Part shown: one piece after another, positions 1 through 10,211 of the stretch
Position numbering within the stretch: the first letter of the stretch is position 1
How the letters are laid out: each line of letters opens with the position of its first letter
Assembly (NCBI GenBank): GCA_964291315.2
Contig: OZ219753.1
Location: 1,664,001-1,728,000, forward strand
Source: Candidatus Poribacteria bacterium
GTDB taxonomy: Bacteria > Poribacteria > WGA-4E > WGA-3G
Reading direction: 5' to 3'
DNA: 64,000 bases
Translations under genes and position numbers: made by a program
The notes under the pieces: generated by a model
Told to the model about the DNA's origin: nothing
The model's database searches: none
What the model saw: the letters and a program-made list of their open reading frames with translations, nothing else

Positions 1-134
1 ACGTTTGTGCAGGCATCCACAACTTCGCGAATTGTATATTCTCGCTCAATAAATGCCGATAGAGACGGCGTGAAAAGTAGACCGATAAAACAACACGCCA
101 ATAGTGATGTAATGAGGTTGGTTGTAGAACGCAT
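1..134 (-). CDS. 5' part of a secreted hypothetical protein (runs off window start)
   Basis: Not in ORF track. Manual translation from ATG at 134 gives MRSTTNLITSLLACCFIGLLFTPSLSAFIEREYTIREVVDACTN (signal-peptide-like); AAAGGGGA RBS upstream. Confidence 0.7.
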   Translation of the reverse strand, partial: MRSTTNLITSLLACCFIGLLFTPSLSAFIEREYTIREVVDACTN

Positions 135-271
135 GGCGAAATCCCCTTTAAATCTCGGAAACGTAGTTAATGAACCACGCTCTGTTTTAGATAGATCTCT
201 ATTTTTTAATTAATAACATTGTATTATACCCCGTTGAATTTTCCAATAACTTTTTTATTTTCTCTACGCTT

Positions 272-1906
272 ATGTTAAAACTGAAACCGCTGTCTCGTTC
301 ACAATGCACACCTGCGAAAGTCTTTGATACCGCAACTTATATCGGATTCTTAATCTTCGTTTTAGCCCTGCCCTTCGGTTACTCAACAACGTTCCTTAAC
401 ATCGGACTCTCACTTGTACTATTTGGATGGTTGGGGCGAATGGTTTCGGAACGAAAACTCGGTTGGCTCCGGACACCGCTCGACCTGCCCATTGCCCTGT
501 TTTTAGGCTTGGCGTTAATAGCGTCTCTCTTTGCACCGCACCCTTCTACGAGCAGCCTCGGGTACTTTTGGAAGTTCCTTCGAGCAATACTGCTTTTCTA
601 TGCTGTCGTTCACAGCCGTTTGGCAACTCGGTGGCGCCAGGTCGTGATCGCTTTTATCGCCGCTGCAGGTATCTCTTCTGCACTTGGACTCTGGTATTAC
701 ACAAACGATACGCGCTTAGCACTCGACTTTATGGGACAAATTGGGTTGGAGTTTCAAGAGGAATTCGCTGCAGGCGATCGGTTTTCCGACGCGTTACGCG
801 CTGAACTTCGTAAATGTAACGTCCCTCTTTCCGAGACCGCGTTCCATGTAACGCACAAAACACCTTCAACGCAATCCAACGGGCCCATAGCCTCCTCCAA
901 CGTATCGAGTAAAGTATGGCGGATTGACGATCCAGCAAGAGATAGACGCTACACAGTTTCTAAAGGTGAAACCCACCTTATGGTCTATATGATTGAACAA
1001 CGACTCACCGGGACTTTCAAGATGCCAAACGACCTTGGAGCATACCTTGCTCTCAGTCTTCCATTTGTCATGGGTTACTTTGTAGCTGGCATTAGGTTCA
1101 GTTTCCAAAGTTTGACTCGCCGCTCAAAACCGGCAATGACAGATCACCGATCGAGGTTTTGCACGATATGCACAACTCTCCTAATTGGAGTGAGCTTGCT
1201 CTTGATGAGTATGAATCTTATATTGACCTTGACTCGCGCCGCTTGGGTAAGTGTTACCCTTGCTTCTGTTTTCATCGTCTGTTATCTCGTCTTTAGGGAG
1301 CTATCTGCGGTTCTTTCGTGGAAGCGATGCCTATTCACATTGGCTTTAATAGGTGTTCTTTTCTGTGTGCTACTTCTGAATACCGACACCCGACAGACCA
1401 TAAATGACACGGTTCCACAACATATCAGGGCACGATTTCAGACCATGATTACGCATCCTGCGGGATTCATGGGGGAACGACCACAGTGGTGGAGAATGTC
1501 GCTCCAATTCATCCAGCAGTATCCTCTCACCGGAATCGGGTTGGGCAGATTCCGCTATGAATATCGATTAAATGGACCACTCGAACAATACGATACCCCG
1601 TATCACGCACATAATATCTATTTGCACATCGCCGTTGAACACGGGATTCCATCCCTTTTGCTGTTCTTGTGGATAGTTGTGATCCTCTGCCGATCGGCAT
1701 TTGCCGAGTACCGGTCAAACGATTTTTGGAAAATGGGAACCTGTATCGGTGGGAGCGGTTTTCTAATCTCCGCACTTGTCTACGGACTCGCAGATAATAT
1801 TTTACATCAACGCACAGTCTTGCTTTTCTGGTTTATTATTGGCATAATATTTTATTCGAAATTATTGAAGGACGAACAACATGAAGAAACCTTGGAAACC
1901 AGTTGA
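272..1906 (+). CDS. O-antigen ligase (WaaL/Wzy_C-like) family membrane protein
   Basis: Many TM segments; motifs GTFKMPNDLG, LTLTRAAW, GIGLGRF, HAHNIYLHIAVEHG. Confidence 0.85.
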   Translation: MLKLKPLSRSQCTPAKVFDTATYIGFLIFVLALPFGYSTTFLNIGLSLVLFGWLGRMVSERKLGWLRTPLDLPIALFLGLALIASLFAPHPSTSSLGYFWKFLRAILLFYAVVHSRLATRWRQVVIAFIAAAGISSALGLWYYTNDTRLALDFMGQIGLEFQEEFAAGDRFSDALRAELRKCNVPLSETAFHVTHKTPSTQSNGPIASSNVSSKVWRIDDPARDRRYTVSKGETHLMVYMIEQRLTGTFKMPNDLGAYLALSLPFVMGYFVAGIRFSFQSLTRRSKPAMTDHRSRFCTICTTLLIGVSLLLMSMNLILTLTRAAWVSVTLASVFIVCYLVFRELSAVLSWKRCLFTLALIGVLFCVLLLNTDTRQTINDTVPQHIRARFQTMITHPAGFMGERPQWWRMSLQFIQQYPLTGIGLGRFRYEYRLNGPLEQYDTPYHAHNIYLHIAVEHGIPSLLLFLWIVVILCRSAFAEYRSNDFWKMGTCIGGSGFLISALVYGLADNILHQRTVLLFWFIIGIIFYSKLLKDEQHEETLETS

Positions 1907-2828
1907 TATGTCTTCTGTGAAAACGTACCCGCTTCAGGAGCGTATCAACAAAGTCTCAGTTCACGATTTTGCGACAGTGCCGGAATCAGAGGTGCCCCTT
2001 TCCGTTTTTTTAGCCAGCCTTCCCAACATTCTCAAAGGAGCAGATTTCTTGGCACTTGTTGACGATATCGTTGAAGCGTACCACAACCAAAAACCGGTCA
2101 TCGTGATGATGGGCGGACATGTGATCAAGTGCGGTTTGAGCTCCCTCTTAATCGCTTTGGCAGAATGTGGGGTGATTACCGGATTCGCCTTTAACGGGGC
2201 AAGTAGTATCCATGATTTCGAGATTGCCCTCATCGGGGAGACTTCGGAAGATGTCTCCATTTATCTCCAGACCGGGCAATTCGGAATGTGGGAGGAGACC
2301 GGACGCTTGATGAACACCGCAATCCAACACGCTGCGGATACACGGATCGGAATGGGCGAAGCATTGGGCCAGCAGCTACTAGAGTTGGGAGCCCCTTATA
2401 CCCCGTACAGCCTCCTTGCCACAGGAGTCCAATACGGTGTACCGATCACAGTGCACGTTGCCGTCGGTACCGATATTATTCATCAGCACCCTGCAGCGAA
2501 CGGCGGGGCTATCGGAGAGGCCAGTTTCACCGACTTCCGCCTATTAACGGCATTGGTAAAGGAGTTGGAAGGCGGGGGTGTCGTGCTAAATCTGGGATCA
2601 GCTGTGATTCTGCCAGAGGCCTTCTTGAAAGCACTCACGATTGCGCGAAACCTCGGACATACGGTATCCCATTTCACAGCTGCCAATTTCGACATGCATC
2701 AACAGTACCGCCCCCTGGAGAATGTGGTCAGACGCCCAACGGAGATGGGGGGCAAAGGCTATACATTCATCGGACATCATGAATTGATGATTCCTCTTCT
2801 GGTGCAGGCAATTATGGCGCGCTTGTGA
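1881..2828 (+). CDS. conserved hypothetical protein, deoxyhypusine-synthase-like fold
   Basis: GGHVIKCG, IHDFEIA, GTDIIHQHP and GSAVILPEAFLKA motifs; 315 aa. Confidence 0.6.
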   Translation: MKKPWKPVDMSSVKTYPLQERINKVSVHDFATVPESEVPLSVFLASLPNILKGADFLALVDDIVEAYHNQKPVIVMMGGHVIKCGLSSLLIALAECGVITGFAFNGASSIHDFEIALIGETSEDVSIYLQTGQFGMWEETGRLMNTAIQHAADTRIGMGEALGQQLLELGAPYTPYSLLATGVQYGVPITVHVAVGTDIIHQHPAANGGAIGEASFTDFRLLTALVKELEGGGVVLNLGSAVILPEAFLKALTIARNLGHTVSHFTAANFDMHQQYRPLENVVRRPTEMGGKGYTFIGHHELMIPLLVQAIMARL

Positions 2829-2838
2829 GGAGAGTCGT

Positions 2839-3387
2839 TCACCCTTTTTGAAGGATCAGATCGCTGTAGGAAACTGCAACCGGGTCAGTAATATCGAGGT
2901 GAAGTGCAGTTTTAACGTGTTGATGTTCTGTTATGGCTTCAGTTTCGCTTTGTCCCTGGAACACCGTCTCCAATTCAACAAATTGTCCCAAATCAGCAAC
3001 CGTATCGAGATGGATACGCGTGTGTTTGAACATCCACACCTGGCGTTGTTTTTCTACGACTGTTTTAACGCCCAGCGCGGCGGTTAGCAATGCCTTGAAC
3101 GTTAACGGATCATCAATCTGGCAGAGCTGGTACTGACTGTAGCGCGAGGTGTCTTGATTCGGACGTTCGTAATAGATAAGCCAAGCCTCAGCTATCCCCT
3201 CAACTTCACGCAGCTTAAGACGAGGTTGACACGTTTCTGATATTGACGCGTTTTTTGCCGACTCCAGATAAAAATATGTATCCGTTTGACGGACAGTTTC
3301 ACGATGTGACGCATTTAAATCGCTCAACCTCGGGTAGAAACTATTAAGCGACACACACCGTGCCTTGAATTCTAAGTTTGTTGCCAT
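2839..3387 (-). CDS. CYTH domain / class IV adenylate cyclase
   Basis: N-terminal xLEFKAR, QTDTYF, RLKLR, HLDTVADLGQFVELE motifs. Confidence 0.85.
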   Translation of the reverse strand: MATNLEFKARCVSLNSFYPRLSDLNASHRETVRQTDTYFYLESAKNASISETCQPRLKLREVEGIAEAWLIYYERPNQDTSRYSQYQLCQIDDPLTFKALLTAALGVKTVVEKQRQVWMFKHTRIHLDTVADLGQFVELETVFQGQSETEAITEHQHVKTALHLDITDPVAVSYSDLILQKG

Positions 3388-3512
3388 ATCTTGGTCAGAT
3401 GTAAGTCGTCTATTTTTTGTTTTACGTTGAAGTCGGTAACCGGCAATGTGGGTTTAACGCTCTGACTGTTTCAATCTTTGCTGCGGTGTAGTGTGGACAT
3501 CAATGCGGCACT

Positions 3513-4112
3513 TCATCCGATATCCGTAATATCCTCATCGGGCTCGAAACCGTCGATGCATGAACGGTTGCAACGTTCTCCATGTGATAACAGCCAACAG
3601 ACCTCATGCTTTAATTTCACGGAACTCATCAAACACGTACGTAACTGCTCCGTATCGAAATCGTGCCCTATGAGGAAACTATAGCTGCCCGCCTTCATCG
3701 CCTCACGCGCGCGTCTGGCGTTAGGCACAATTGCAATGATCTTGACATCGGGTTGATACCTATTGATATATTTGAAGAGTCGCTGTCGATATCGACGGAT
3801 ACAGTCGGCAATTACTATCCGGTACTTCAATAATTTCAACATACCGATGGCTTCCAAGGTTCGCTCGGGAATATCACACCCGTAACCTTCAGAGTAGAGG
3901 AGACGTCTGACTTTGTCACGGAGATTGGCATCCCGCGAAACCACCATCATATCGCCTTGCAATTCAGATATCCCGAAATCTTCCTGAATATCGAGGGGGA
4001 TGAGGGCTTCTTCCACTTGTCTATTAAGGTGCCTGCGGGCTTGTCTCATCCGGCGATTCACGCGATCAAGTCTGTCGTCTAAGTCTGGAAGTGGCTTAAA
4101 AACTTTTCGCAT
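3513..4112 (-). CDS. atypical receiver-domain-containing protein
   Basis: CheY-like pattern (EAIGMLK..YRIVIAD..PDVKIIAI..AREAMKAGSYSFL) with N-terminal helix and C-terminal Cys cluster. Confidence 0.55.
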   Translation of the reverse strand: MRKVFKPLPDLDDRLDRVNRRMRQARRHLNRQVEEALIPLDIQEDFGISELQGDMMVVSRDANLRDKVRRLLYSEGYGCDIPERTLEAIGMLKLLKYRIVIADCIRRYRQRLFKYINRYQPDVKIIAIVPNARRAREAMKAGSYSFLIGHDFDTEQLRTCLMSSVKLKHEVCWLLSHGERCNRSCIDGFEPDEDITDIG

Positions 4113-4286
4113 TTTTTATAGTGAGGGTCTTCTCCATGAAAAGCGCTAACGAATCATTATACTCTATTTTATTGTATAGTTATGGCAGATGTCAAGTGAT
4201 TTTTGTTGATAAAAACCGCTGCATGTGAAACCAAGTTCAACGAATAATACGGGTTTGCTTCCTGCTTAAAATTAGATGGTTGATCT

Positions 4287-4982
4287 TTACCCATTTTCAA
4301 TCCTGCTTTGTGAAATTTTCACATAATGAGCGTCTATATCGCAACCAGCAAACCTTCGGGAATTTCTAACCGCGGCGACCCCGGTAGTGCCTGCTCCAAG
4401 AAATGGATCTACAACAAGATCACCCGGATTGCTATGTTTGTTCACTAACGCCTCAAATAAAGGTAACGGCTTTTGTGTCGGATGGCGTCTTTTACCTTTA
4501 TGACGAGGAATCGGATATTCATAGATGCCAGCGTCGTATTTACTATTAAAAGTAGGCTTGCCAACTTTTACAGCGCCGACAGCCACTTCTCGACTGTTGG
4601 AAAGATACGTTGAGCGCATATTTAATGGAACAGGGTTGGTCTTTTGCCATACAATCAGACGGATCATTTTGAATCCAGCTGCTTCCATTGATTCTTTGAC
4701 TTTGCCTATCTTCCAAATATCATACCATACAATAGCCGTTCCGCCACGGCGCAGGGATTTGTAAAATAGGTTTGCCATATCGTCAAGATTTATCTCAACG
4801 TGATCCCATGTGCCAAAGTCCATACTCACTGCAAATTTCTTTTCACCGTTCACGACTGACGAAAATCCTGTCTTTTTGCTAATACAATACGGCGGGTCTG
4901 TTAAGATAAGGTCCGCTGATCCATTAGGGAGCGAACTCATAAAATCCCTATAATCAGACACCTTAATAGCATATTCAGTCAT
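4287..4982 (-). CDS. DNA methyltransferase, N6-adenine/N4-cytosine beta class (apparently orphan)
   Basis: LTDPPY motif IV precedes HPTQKP and DPFLGAGTT motif I. Confidence 0.9.
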   Translation of the reverse strand: MTEYAIKVSDYRDFMSSLPNGSADLILTDPPYCISKKTGFSSVVNGEKKFAVSMDFGTWDHVEINLDDMANLFYKSLRRGGTAIVWYDIWKIGKVKESMEAAGFKMIRLIVWQKTNPVPLNMRSTYLSNSREVAVGAVKVGKPTFNSKYDAGIYEYPIPRHKGKRRHPTQKPLPLFEALVNKHSNPGDLVVDPFLGAGTTGVAAVRNSRRFAGCDIDAHYVKISQSRIENG

Positions 4983-5389
4983 CCCTAGTCTCTAGTTAGT
5001 GGCGTTGTGTGTCGTGATTGATAACGCGGGTGTTGACAATACCCAGCACACTTGTGAAACAGTCAGGTCTCTCGATCGTGTTCGGATGTGTTTCACTACC
5101 CGTGCCCTGCTCTTTGTAGTTGATCACTGTGCGCTGGGTCGCTTTAAGACGTTGCATTTTTCCGATAAATTTTGGTATAATATCCAAATAAGACACGGTC
5201 GAAAAAAGTGACCCATTTTGCGGTTTCAAATGGGAGGGTTGCCTTCTCCCAATTTCCTATCCATACCATATCATTTTTTTCTGTTTTTAATCAAGAGAAA
5301 CGTCAACAATAGGAAAACTGACAACAAATAGAGATATTAAAAGTAGGGACTATCGAGATTAATACTTGCAGTGAAATAGGAGCGACACT

Positions 5390-6424
5390 ATGTCCATACC
5401 ACAACTTCCGCTCCCCCCACATTTTGATGCGGATCAGGTAGACAAGGTCTGGCGGGTTCCGTATCAAGAACGTCAACATGAAGCAAGAATTTGGGCGGAG
5501 AAACACGCGATACGCCCAGCATCGGAAGATAATTTTCGGACGTTCCTGCTGCTCGTTGATGTCCAAAATACATTTTGTATTCCAGGCTACGAGCTTTTCG
5601 TCGGCGGTCAGTCCGGAAGTGGCGCAGTAGAAGACAACATTCGTTTGTGTCAGTTCATCTATCACAACCTACCGCGTATTACCAAAATCGCTTGTACCTT
5701 GGACACACATACGGCGATGCAAATATTTCATGAAGTTTTCTGGATTAATGATGCCGGTGAACATCCGTTACCGCTGCATACCGTGATTACACAAGCAGAC
5801 ATTGAGGCAGGCAGATGGCGGGTTAACCCTGCGGTCGCGGAAAGCCTGATCGGAGCTAAAGATCGGTATGAGTGGTTGAAGCGATACAGTGAGCACTATG
5901 TCAAAACACTCACAGCGGATGGAAAATATCCGTTGGCGATATGGCCCTACCACGCAATGCTCGGTGGGATTGGGCATGCCGTCGTCTCCGCTGTTGAGGA
6001 AGCCTGTTTCTTTCATACCATCGCTCGTAAGACGCAGCTACACTACGAAATTAAAGGGGCAAATCCGTTGACTGAAAACTATTCGGTTCTGCGTCCGGAA
6101 GTTCTTAAAGACGTTGAAGGGAAACCCGTCGCCCAGAAGAACAGCGGTTTTCTGCAAATGCTCCTCGAATACGATAGGGTGATTATCGCTGGACAGGCCA
6201 AAAGCCACTGCGTCGCATGGACAGTTAACGATCTACTTGAGGAAATTCAGAAGACCGACATGGCGTTAGCAAAGAAAATCTATCTCGTGGATGATCTAAC
6301 TTCGCCCGTTGTCGTGCCAGGTATAGTGGATTATACCGAACCTGCGAACCTCGCGTTTGCTAAGGTTGCAGACGCAGGAATGCACGTGGTGGAATCAACA
6401 GAACCTATACAGAATTGGGGCTGA
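5390..6424 (+). CDS. isochorismatase/nicotinamidase-like cysteine hydrolase
   Basis: LLLVDVQNTF, LDTH, IWPYHAM, AGQAKSHCV motifs. Confidence 0.85.
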   Translation: MSIPQLPLPPHFDADQVDKVWRVPYQERQHEARIWAEKHAIRPASEDNFRTFLLLVDVQNTFCIPGYELFVGGQSGSGAVEDNIRLCQFIYHNLPRITKIACTLDTHTAMQIFHEVFWINDAGEHPLPLHTVITQADIEAGRWRVNPAVAESLIGAKDRYEWLKRYSEHYVKTLTADGKYPLAIWPYHAMLGGIGHAVVSAVEEACFFHTIARKTQLHYEIKGANPLTENYSVLRPEVLKDVEGKPVAQKNSGFLQMLLEYDRVIIAGQAKSHCVAWTVNDLLEEIQKTDMALAKKIYLVDDLTSPVVVPGIVDYTEPANLAFAKVADAGMHVVESTEPIQNWG

Positions 6425-6623
6425 ATAGGACAGGTATCCCCTACGCAGAATAGACAAACGGGATTCCGAACCTACGTCCGTTTCTACTATGGGGCAATCA
6501 GATGAATTTGGCAACCTCAGTAACTCCGTTGAGAATGCTTCGTTTGCTATGGATTGGGCATGTGAGCTGGTATTTTTGTTCCAGGAACTTCGCGATCAAT
6601 ACGCTCACTGGTGAGGGGCCCTG

Positions 6624-9380
6624 ATGTTTGATTTTCGTTCCCCCTTTTTCTTACTCCTGCTTGCTGCAATTCCAGTGTTGATCTTTGTGCAGCGACAGGC
6701 ACACCGAGGTGCAGCTTCGCCCCGCTGGCGCGGGGCTGGCATCAGAAAAAAAGCGATCTTTTCCCTCCGGTGTGCAGCGCTTTTATGTGCAATTCTCGCC
6801 TTAGCCGACCTGCACCGAACCTACCAGCAACAGCGACTTGCAGTCGCTTTTCTGATTGATACCTCCGAAAGTATTGCGTCTACAGCGCACGAAAAAGCAT
6901 TGGAAAAGATAAACGCCGCTATCGCAGAATTGAAAACTACCGACCGGTTTGGTATCATTCGTTTCGCGAGGGAAACCTCTATCCTGCGAGAAATTCGCCC
7001 AAAGCAAGATTTTTCACTAGAGGACGAGGCAAAACAGGTTTTGGAAACGCTCACGGAACACACGCTTGGACGAGACGGAACAGATGTACTCACAGCAGTC
7101 AAAAATGCTATCAGAATTTTGCCTGATAATTACCACAAGCGGATCGTACTGTTTAGCGATGGAACGCATAACGCCGGTGGGACTCCCCTCAAAGACTATC
7201 TGCCTTTGTTCTCAGCAAGCGGTGTCGAAATATTAACGATACCGCTCGATACCATCAAAGACGCTGTCCGGGTCGTGCAACTGCAGCTTCCCACGCGGGT
7301 CCGGAAAGCACAACGTTTTGGAATCGATGCCGTGATCGAAACCGATGGCAGCATCCCCAGCCTAAATGCTGCTCTTTATCGTGAAGACAGGCTCATCGCT
7401 GAATTTGAATGGCAGCTGCCAAGCGGCAGACACGTTCGCCCTTTATTGACACAACAGATCTCGGAAGAAGGTATCCATGCATATCGCCTGAAGTTGAACT
7501 TAATCGATGAGATTCCAGAAAATAATCAAGCGGATGCCGTTGTGCAAATTCGGGATAAGCCGCAAGTTTCCGTGTACACAGAAAGGAACTTGGCAGATAT
7601 TTCGCAGCTTAAAACTGTTCTTGAGGAAAATGGTTTTGACGTTGAGGTGCTATCGCCTATAGAGATGCCAACAGAGCTCGTAGCACTCCAACGTAGCGAT
7701 GTGCTTATTTTAAGCAACGTTCCTGCACATTCGCTTTCATCTGAACAACGACAACAGATCGAGAATTACGTTCGGGACCTCGGGCACGGGTTAGTCGTGA
7801 CCGGCGGGCGGCGCGCCTACGGACCCGGCGGCTATACGGATACGGCGTTGGAACGTGTGCTTCCCGTGGAAATGACTCCGCGTGAACGAAAAGACGCTGT
7901 CGCTATTGTCTTCGTGTTGGATACATCGGGTAGTATGGCAAACTACGTTGGCCCCCGACAGAAAATTCAACTCGCTATTGAAGGTGTGCATACAGGTATC
8001 CGCAACCTTGACAAAGCAGATATGGCTGGCATCCTCAGCTTCAACACCGACATCCATCGGATTTCTGATCTGACTTCCGAACATGACTCGCTTATTTCTG
8101 CTGTCCGTAAACTCCGTCCAACAGGGGGTACCACAAAGATGAAAGAGGCTACCGAAACCGCATACGAGATGCTGAAAGCGAACGACGCAAAGCGGAAGCA
8201 CATCGTCCTCTTATCTGATGGGAAATCCGATGGGGCGGAATCCGCCTTTCTTGAATTGGCATCACAAATTGCTGAGGCACATATCAGTCTCACCACAATC
8301 GCAATAGGCGGTACTAAGAGACCGCTTCTCACGAAAGTCGCAGAGATCGGCGATGGACAGACTGTTTTCGTCCAGGACCTTCAGGACTTGCCATCGGTTC
8401 TAACAGAAGCCGTCCGACAGACGCGGCGTTACATCGTTCAAGAACCGTTTCAACCTGTTGTGCTTCCAAACGCTCCCATTTTCGAAGCCCTAGGCACCCC
8501 GCCGGAGCTTTACGGCTACGTTTCAACGACAGAGAAGGAGATCGCGCACGTCTTCATCCAGTCGCACAAAGAGGAACCCATCCTTGCAGGTTGGAATTTC
8601 GGATTAGGAACCGCCATTGCATGGACAGCGGACGTTCAACCGGTATGGTCGAAAGCGTGGATACCGTGGGAAAACTTTGGGAAATTTTGGGGAGGGGTTG
8701 TCAATTGGGTACTTCCAACAACCGACACGGAGGCCGACTTCGACCTCTCAGTATCGCTCCGCCACGGCGTGGCACAAGCCAGTATTGATACACGAACTGC
8801 ATCACAAGGATCGTACAAACTCCACGTCGTGGGACCGGACGGGACAAGCGAAGCCGTTGAAATGCAACAGCGGACCTCCACGCGTTACAGTAGTGAATTT
8901 CAGATACCCAACAGCGGCACCTACGTTGTTACTGCCCAACGTGAAGGCGATGGACGCAAACGCACGGAAGTTTTATCGCTCTCTTACCCGGCAGAATATG
9001 CCGAATTTGCGGTGGATACGCCTCTACTAAAGAGACTCGCCGCTGGTACCGGCGGCGTTTATGACCCCACACCGACTCAGATAGCGAGACCGGCGGGTAC
9101 ACCTATTCAAACACAAATATCCCTTGCGCGAGTCTTGTTGGTTGCTGCGACTCTCTCGTTTGTATTGGAGATGATTCTCCGACGCTTTCGCATAGTGAAC
9201 GGACATCTGACTGCGTTTTTTGAGCGACTGCGTGGAAATTCTAGTGTTGATAAACCTATAGGTGCTCAAGCCGGAAGGAAAACGGCGGGTTCTGTGTCCT
9301 TTGACGACAGGGCTCAATCGACACCCTCTGCGGAAGCCTCGATGAGTCGTCTCTTGGCTGCTAAAAGGCGAGCTCGTTGA
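6624..9380 (+). CDS. membrane-anchored double-VWA protein with GATase1-like domain (BatA-like N-terminus)
   Basis: MFDFRSPFFLLLL N-terminus; MIDAS motifs DTSES and DTSGSM; LxSDG; C-terminal TM LEMILRR. Confidence 0.85.
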   Translation: MFDFRSPFFLLLLAAIPVLIFVQRQAHRGAASPRWRGAGIRKKAIFSLRCAALLCAILALADLHRTYQQQRLAVAFLIDTSESIASTAHEKALEKINAAIAELKTTDRFGIIRFARETSILREIRPKQDFSLEDEAKQVLETLTEHTLGRDGTDVLTAVKNAIRILPDNYHKRIVLFSDGTHNAGGTPLKDYLPLFSASGVEILTIPLDTIKDAVRVVQLQLPTRVRKAQRFGIDAVIETDGSIPSLNAALYREDRLIAEFEWQLPSGRHVRPLLTQQISEEGIHAYRLKLNLIDEIPENNQADAVVQIRDKPQVSVYTERNLADISQLKTVLEENGFDVEVLSPIEMPTELVALQRSDVLILSNVPAHSLSSEQRQQIENYVRDLGHGLVVTGGRRAYGPGGYTDTALERVLPVEMTPRERKDAVAIVFVLDTSGSMANYVGPRQKIQLAIEGVHTGIRNLDKADMAGILSFNTDIHRISDLTSEHDSLISAVRKLRPTGGTTKMKEATETAYEMLKANDAKRKHIVLLSDGKSDGAESAFLELASQIAEAHISLTTIAIGGTKRPLLTKVAEIGDGQTVFVQDLQDLPSVLTEAVRQTRRYIVQEPFQPVVLPNAPIFEALGTPPELYGYVSTTEKEIAHVFIQSHKEEPILAGWNFGLGTAIAWTADVQPVWSKAWIPWENFGKFWGGVVNWVLPTTDTEADFDLSVSLRHGVAQASIDTRTASQGSYKLHVVGPDGTSEAVEMQQRTSTRYSSEFQIPNSGTYVVTAQREGDGRKRTEVLSLSYPAEYAEFAVDTPLLKRLAAGTGGVYDPTPTQIARPAGTPIQTQISLARVLLVAATLSFVLEMILRRFRIVNGHLTAFFERLRGNSSVDKPIGAQAGRKTAGSVSFDDRAQSTPSAEASMSRLLAAKRRAR

Positions 9381-9470
9381 CAATACGTGGTCAGCATATA
9401 CGGTTTTTGTTAGGAAGGTAAACTATTGAGATGTAGGTTAGATAAACTGAATTAGCAGCGCGGATTGCTT

Positions 9471-10211
9471 TCAGGATCTGATATCTGCTGAATTGAATTT
9501 GACGATTTCTTCCCAAAGTATATCCCCGTCAGCATCGCAAAAAGCTTTGATAAATTCTGCAGTAAACTTATTAACAACCTTAGCATACTCTTCCCTAAAC
9601 TGTTCATTTTTCTTGTCAGCTCGATGTCCCAAGGGTTCAATTATGTCAATGTAGAGATTGTCATCACCTGAAATAAACGCCCAAAATTGTTGTCCGCACA
9701 ATTTCAAATAATCGCCCTTATCTGGTTTCTGATCTCTTCCATAACAGCAACCATTAACAGCAACGACATTCGTCGATGATGCATTAGTTCTAAGGATTCG
9801 TTTAGCTTTCTTGAAGTTGTCCTTCAATTTTGCGACTTGGCTACTATTTCCCCAATTTGGCCCAGACTTGATTGATACAATATACCTTATATTATCTTTT
9901 TCAAATTCCAAATCAATTCCATCTGCTGCAGATTTTTGGCCACCGTATACCTGTGAAGAAATAAAAATGGCAAGTTCTTCTAGAAATCCGCCAAAGATTC
10001 CTTCCTCTTGTGAGGACAGAAAAGCGTCCAAAATAGCCGTTACAAATTCTGGCGCTGTGTTAACATTCTTTGCTTTGAATAGATAAGGGTTTTTCCGTTT
10101 GACGACATCCATCAGTTTTAATTTCTGGAGTTTATCTAATCGCTTCTGGTGAAAACTTTGGATATTCGCTTCAACATAATTAGTGATCTCTTTTGGGGTG
10201 ATAGGTTTCAT
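9471..10211 (-). CDS. type II restriction endonuclease (EcoO109I/PmeII-like)
   Basis: KNPYLF, FGGFLEELA, GIDLEF..SIKSGPNWGNS (PD-(D/E)xK-like); overlaps upstream MTase. Confidence 0.8.
   Translation of the reverse strand: MKPITPKEITNYVEANIQSFHQKRLDKLQKLKLMDVVKRKNPYLFKAKNVNTAPEFVTAILDAFLSSQEEGIFGGFLEELAIFISSQVYGGQKSAADGIDLEFEKDNIRYIVSIKSGPNWGNSSQVAKLKDNFKKAKRILRTNASSTNVVAVNGCCYGRDQKPDKGDYLKLCGQQFWAFISGDDNLYIDIIEPLGHRADKKNEQFREEYAKVVNKFTAEFIKAFCDADGDILWEEIVKFNSADIRS

Noticed and set aside
7-213. 68-aa plus-strand ORF
   Set aside because: Antisense to a better-supported minus-strand gene starting at 134 with RBS and signal peptide.
4996-5229. Possible cognate endonuclease remnant upstream of the orphan MTase
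   Set aside because: 77-aa ORF with no recognisable nuclease motif.
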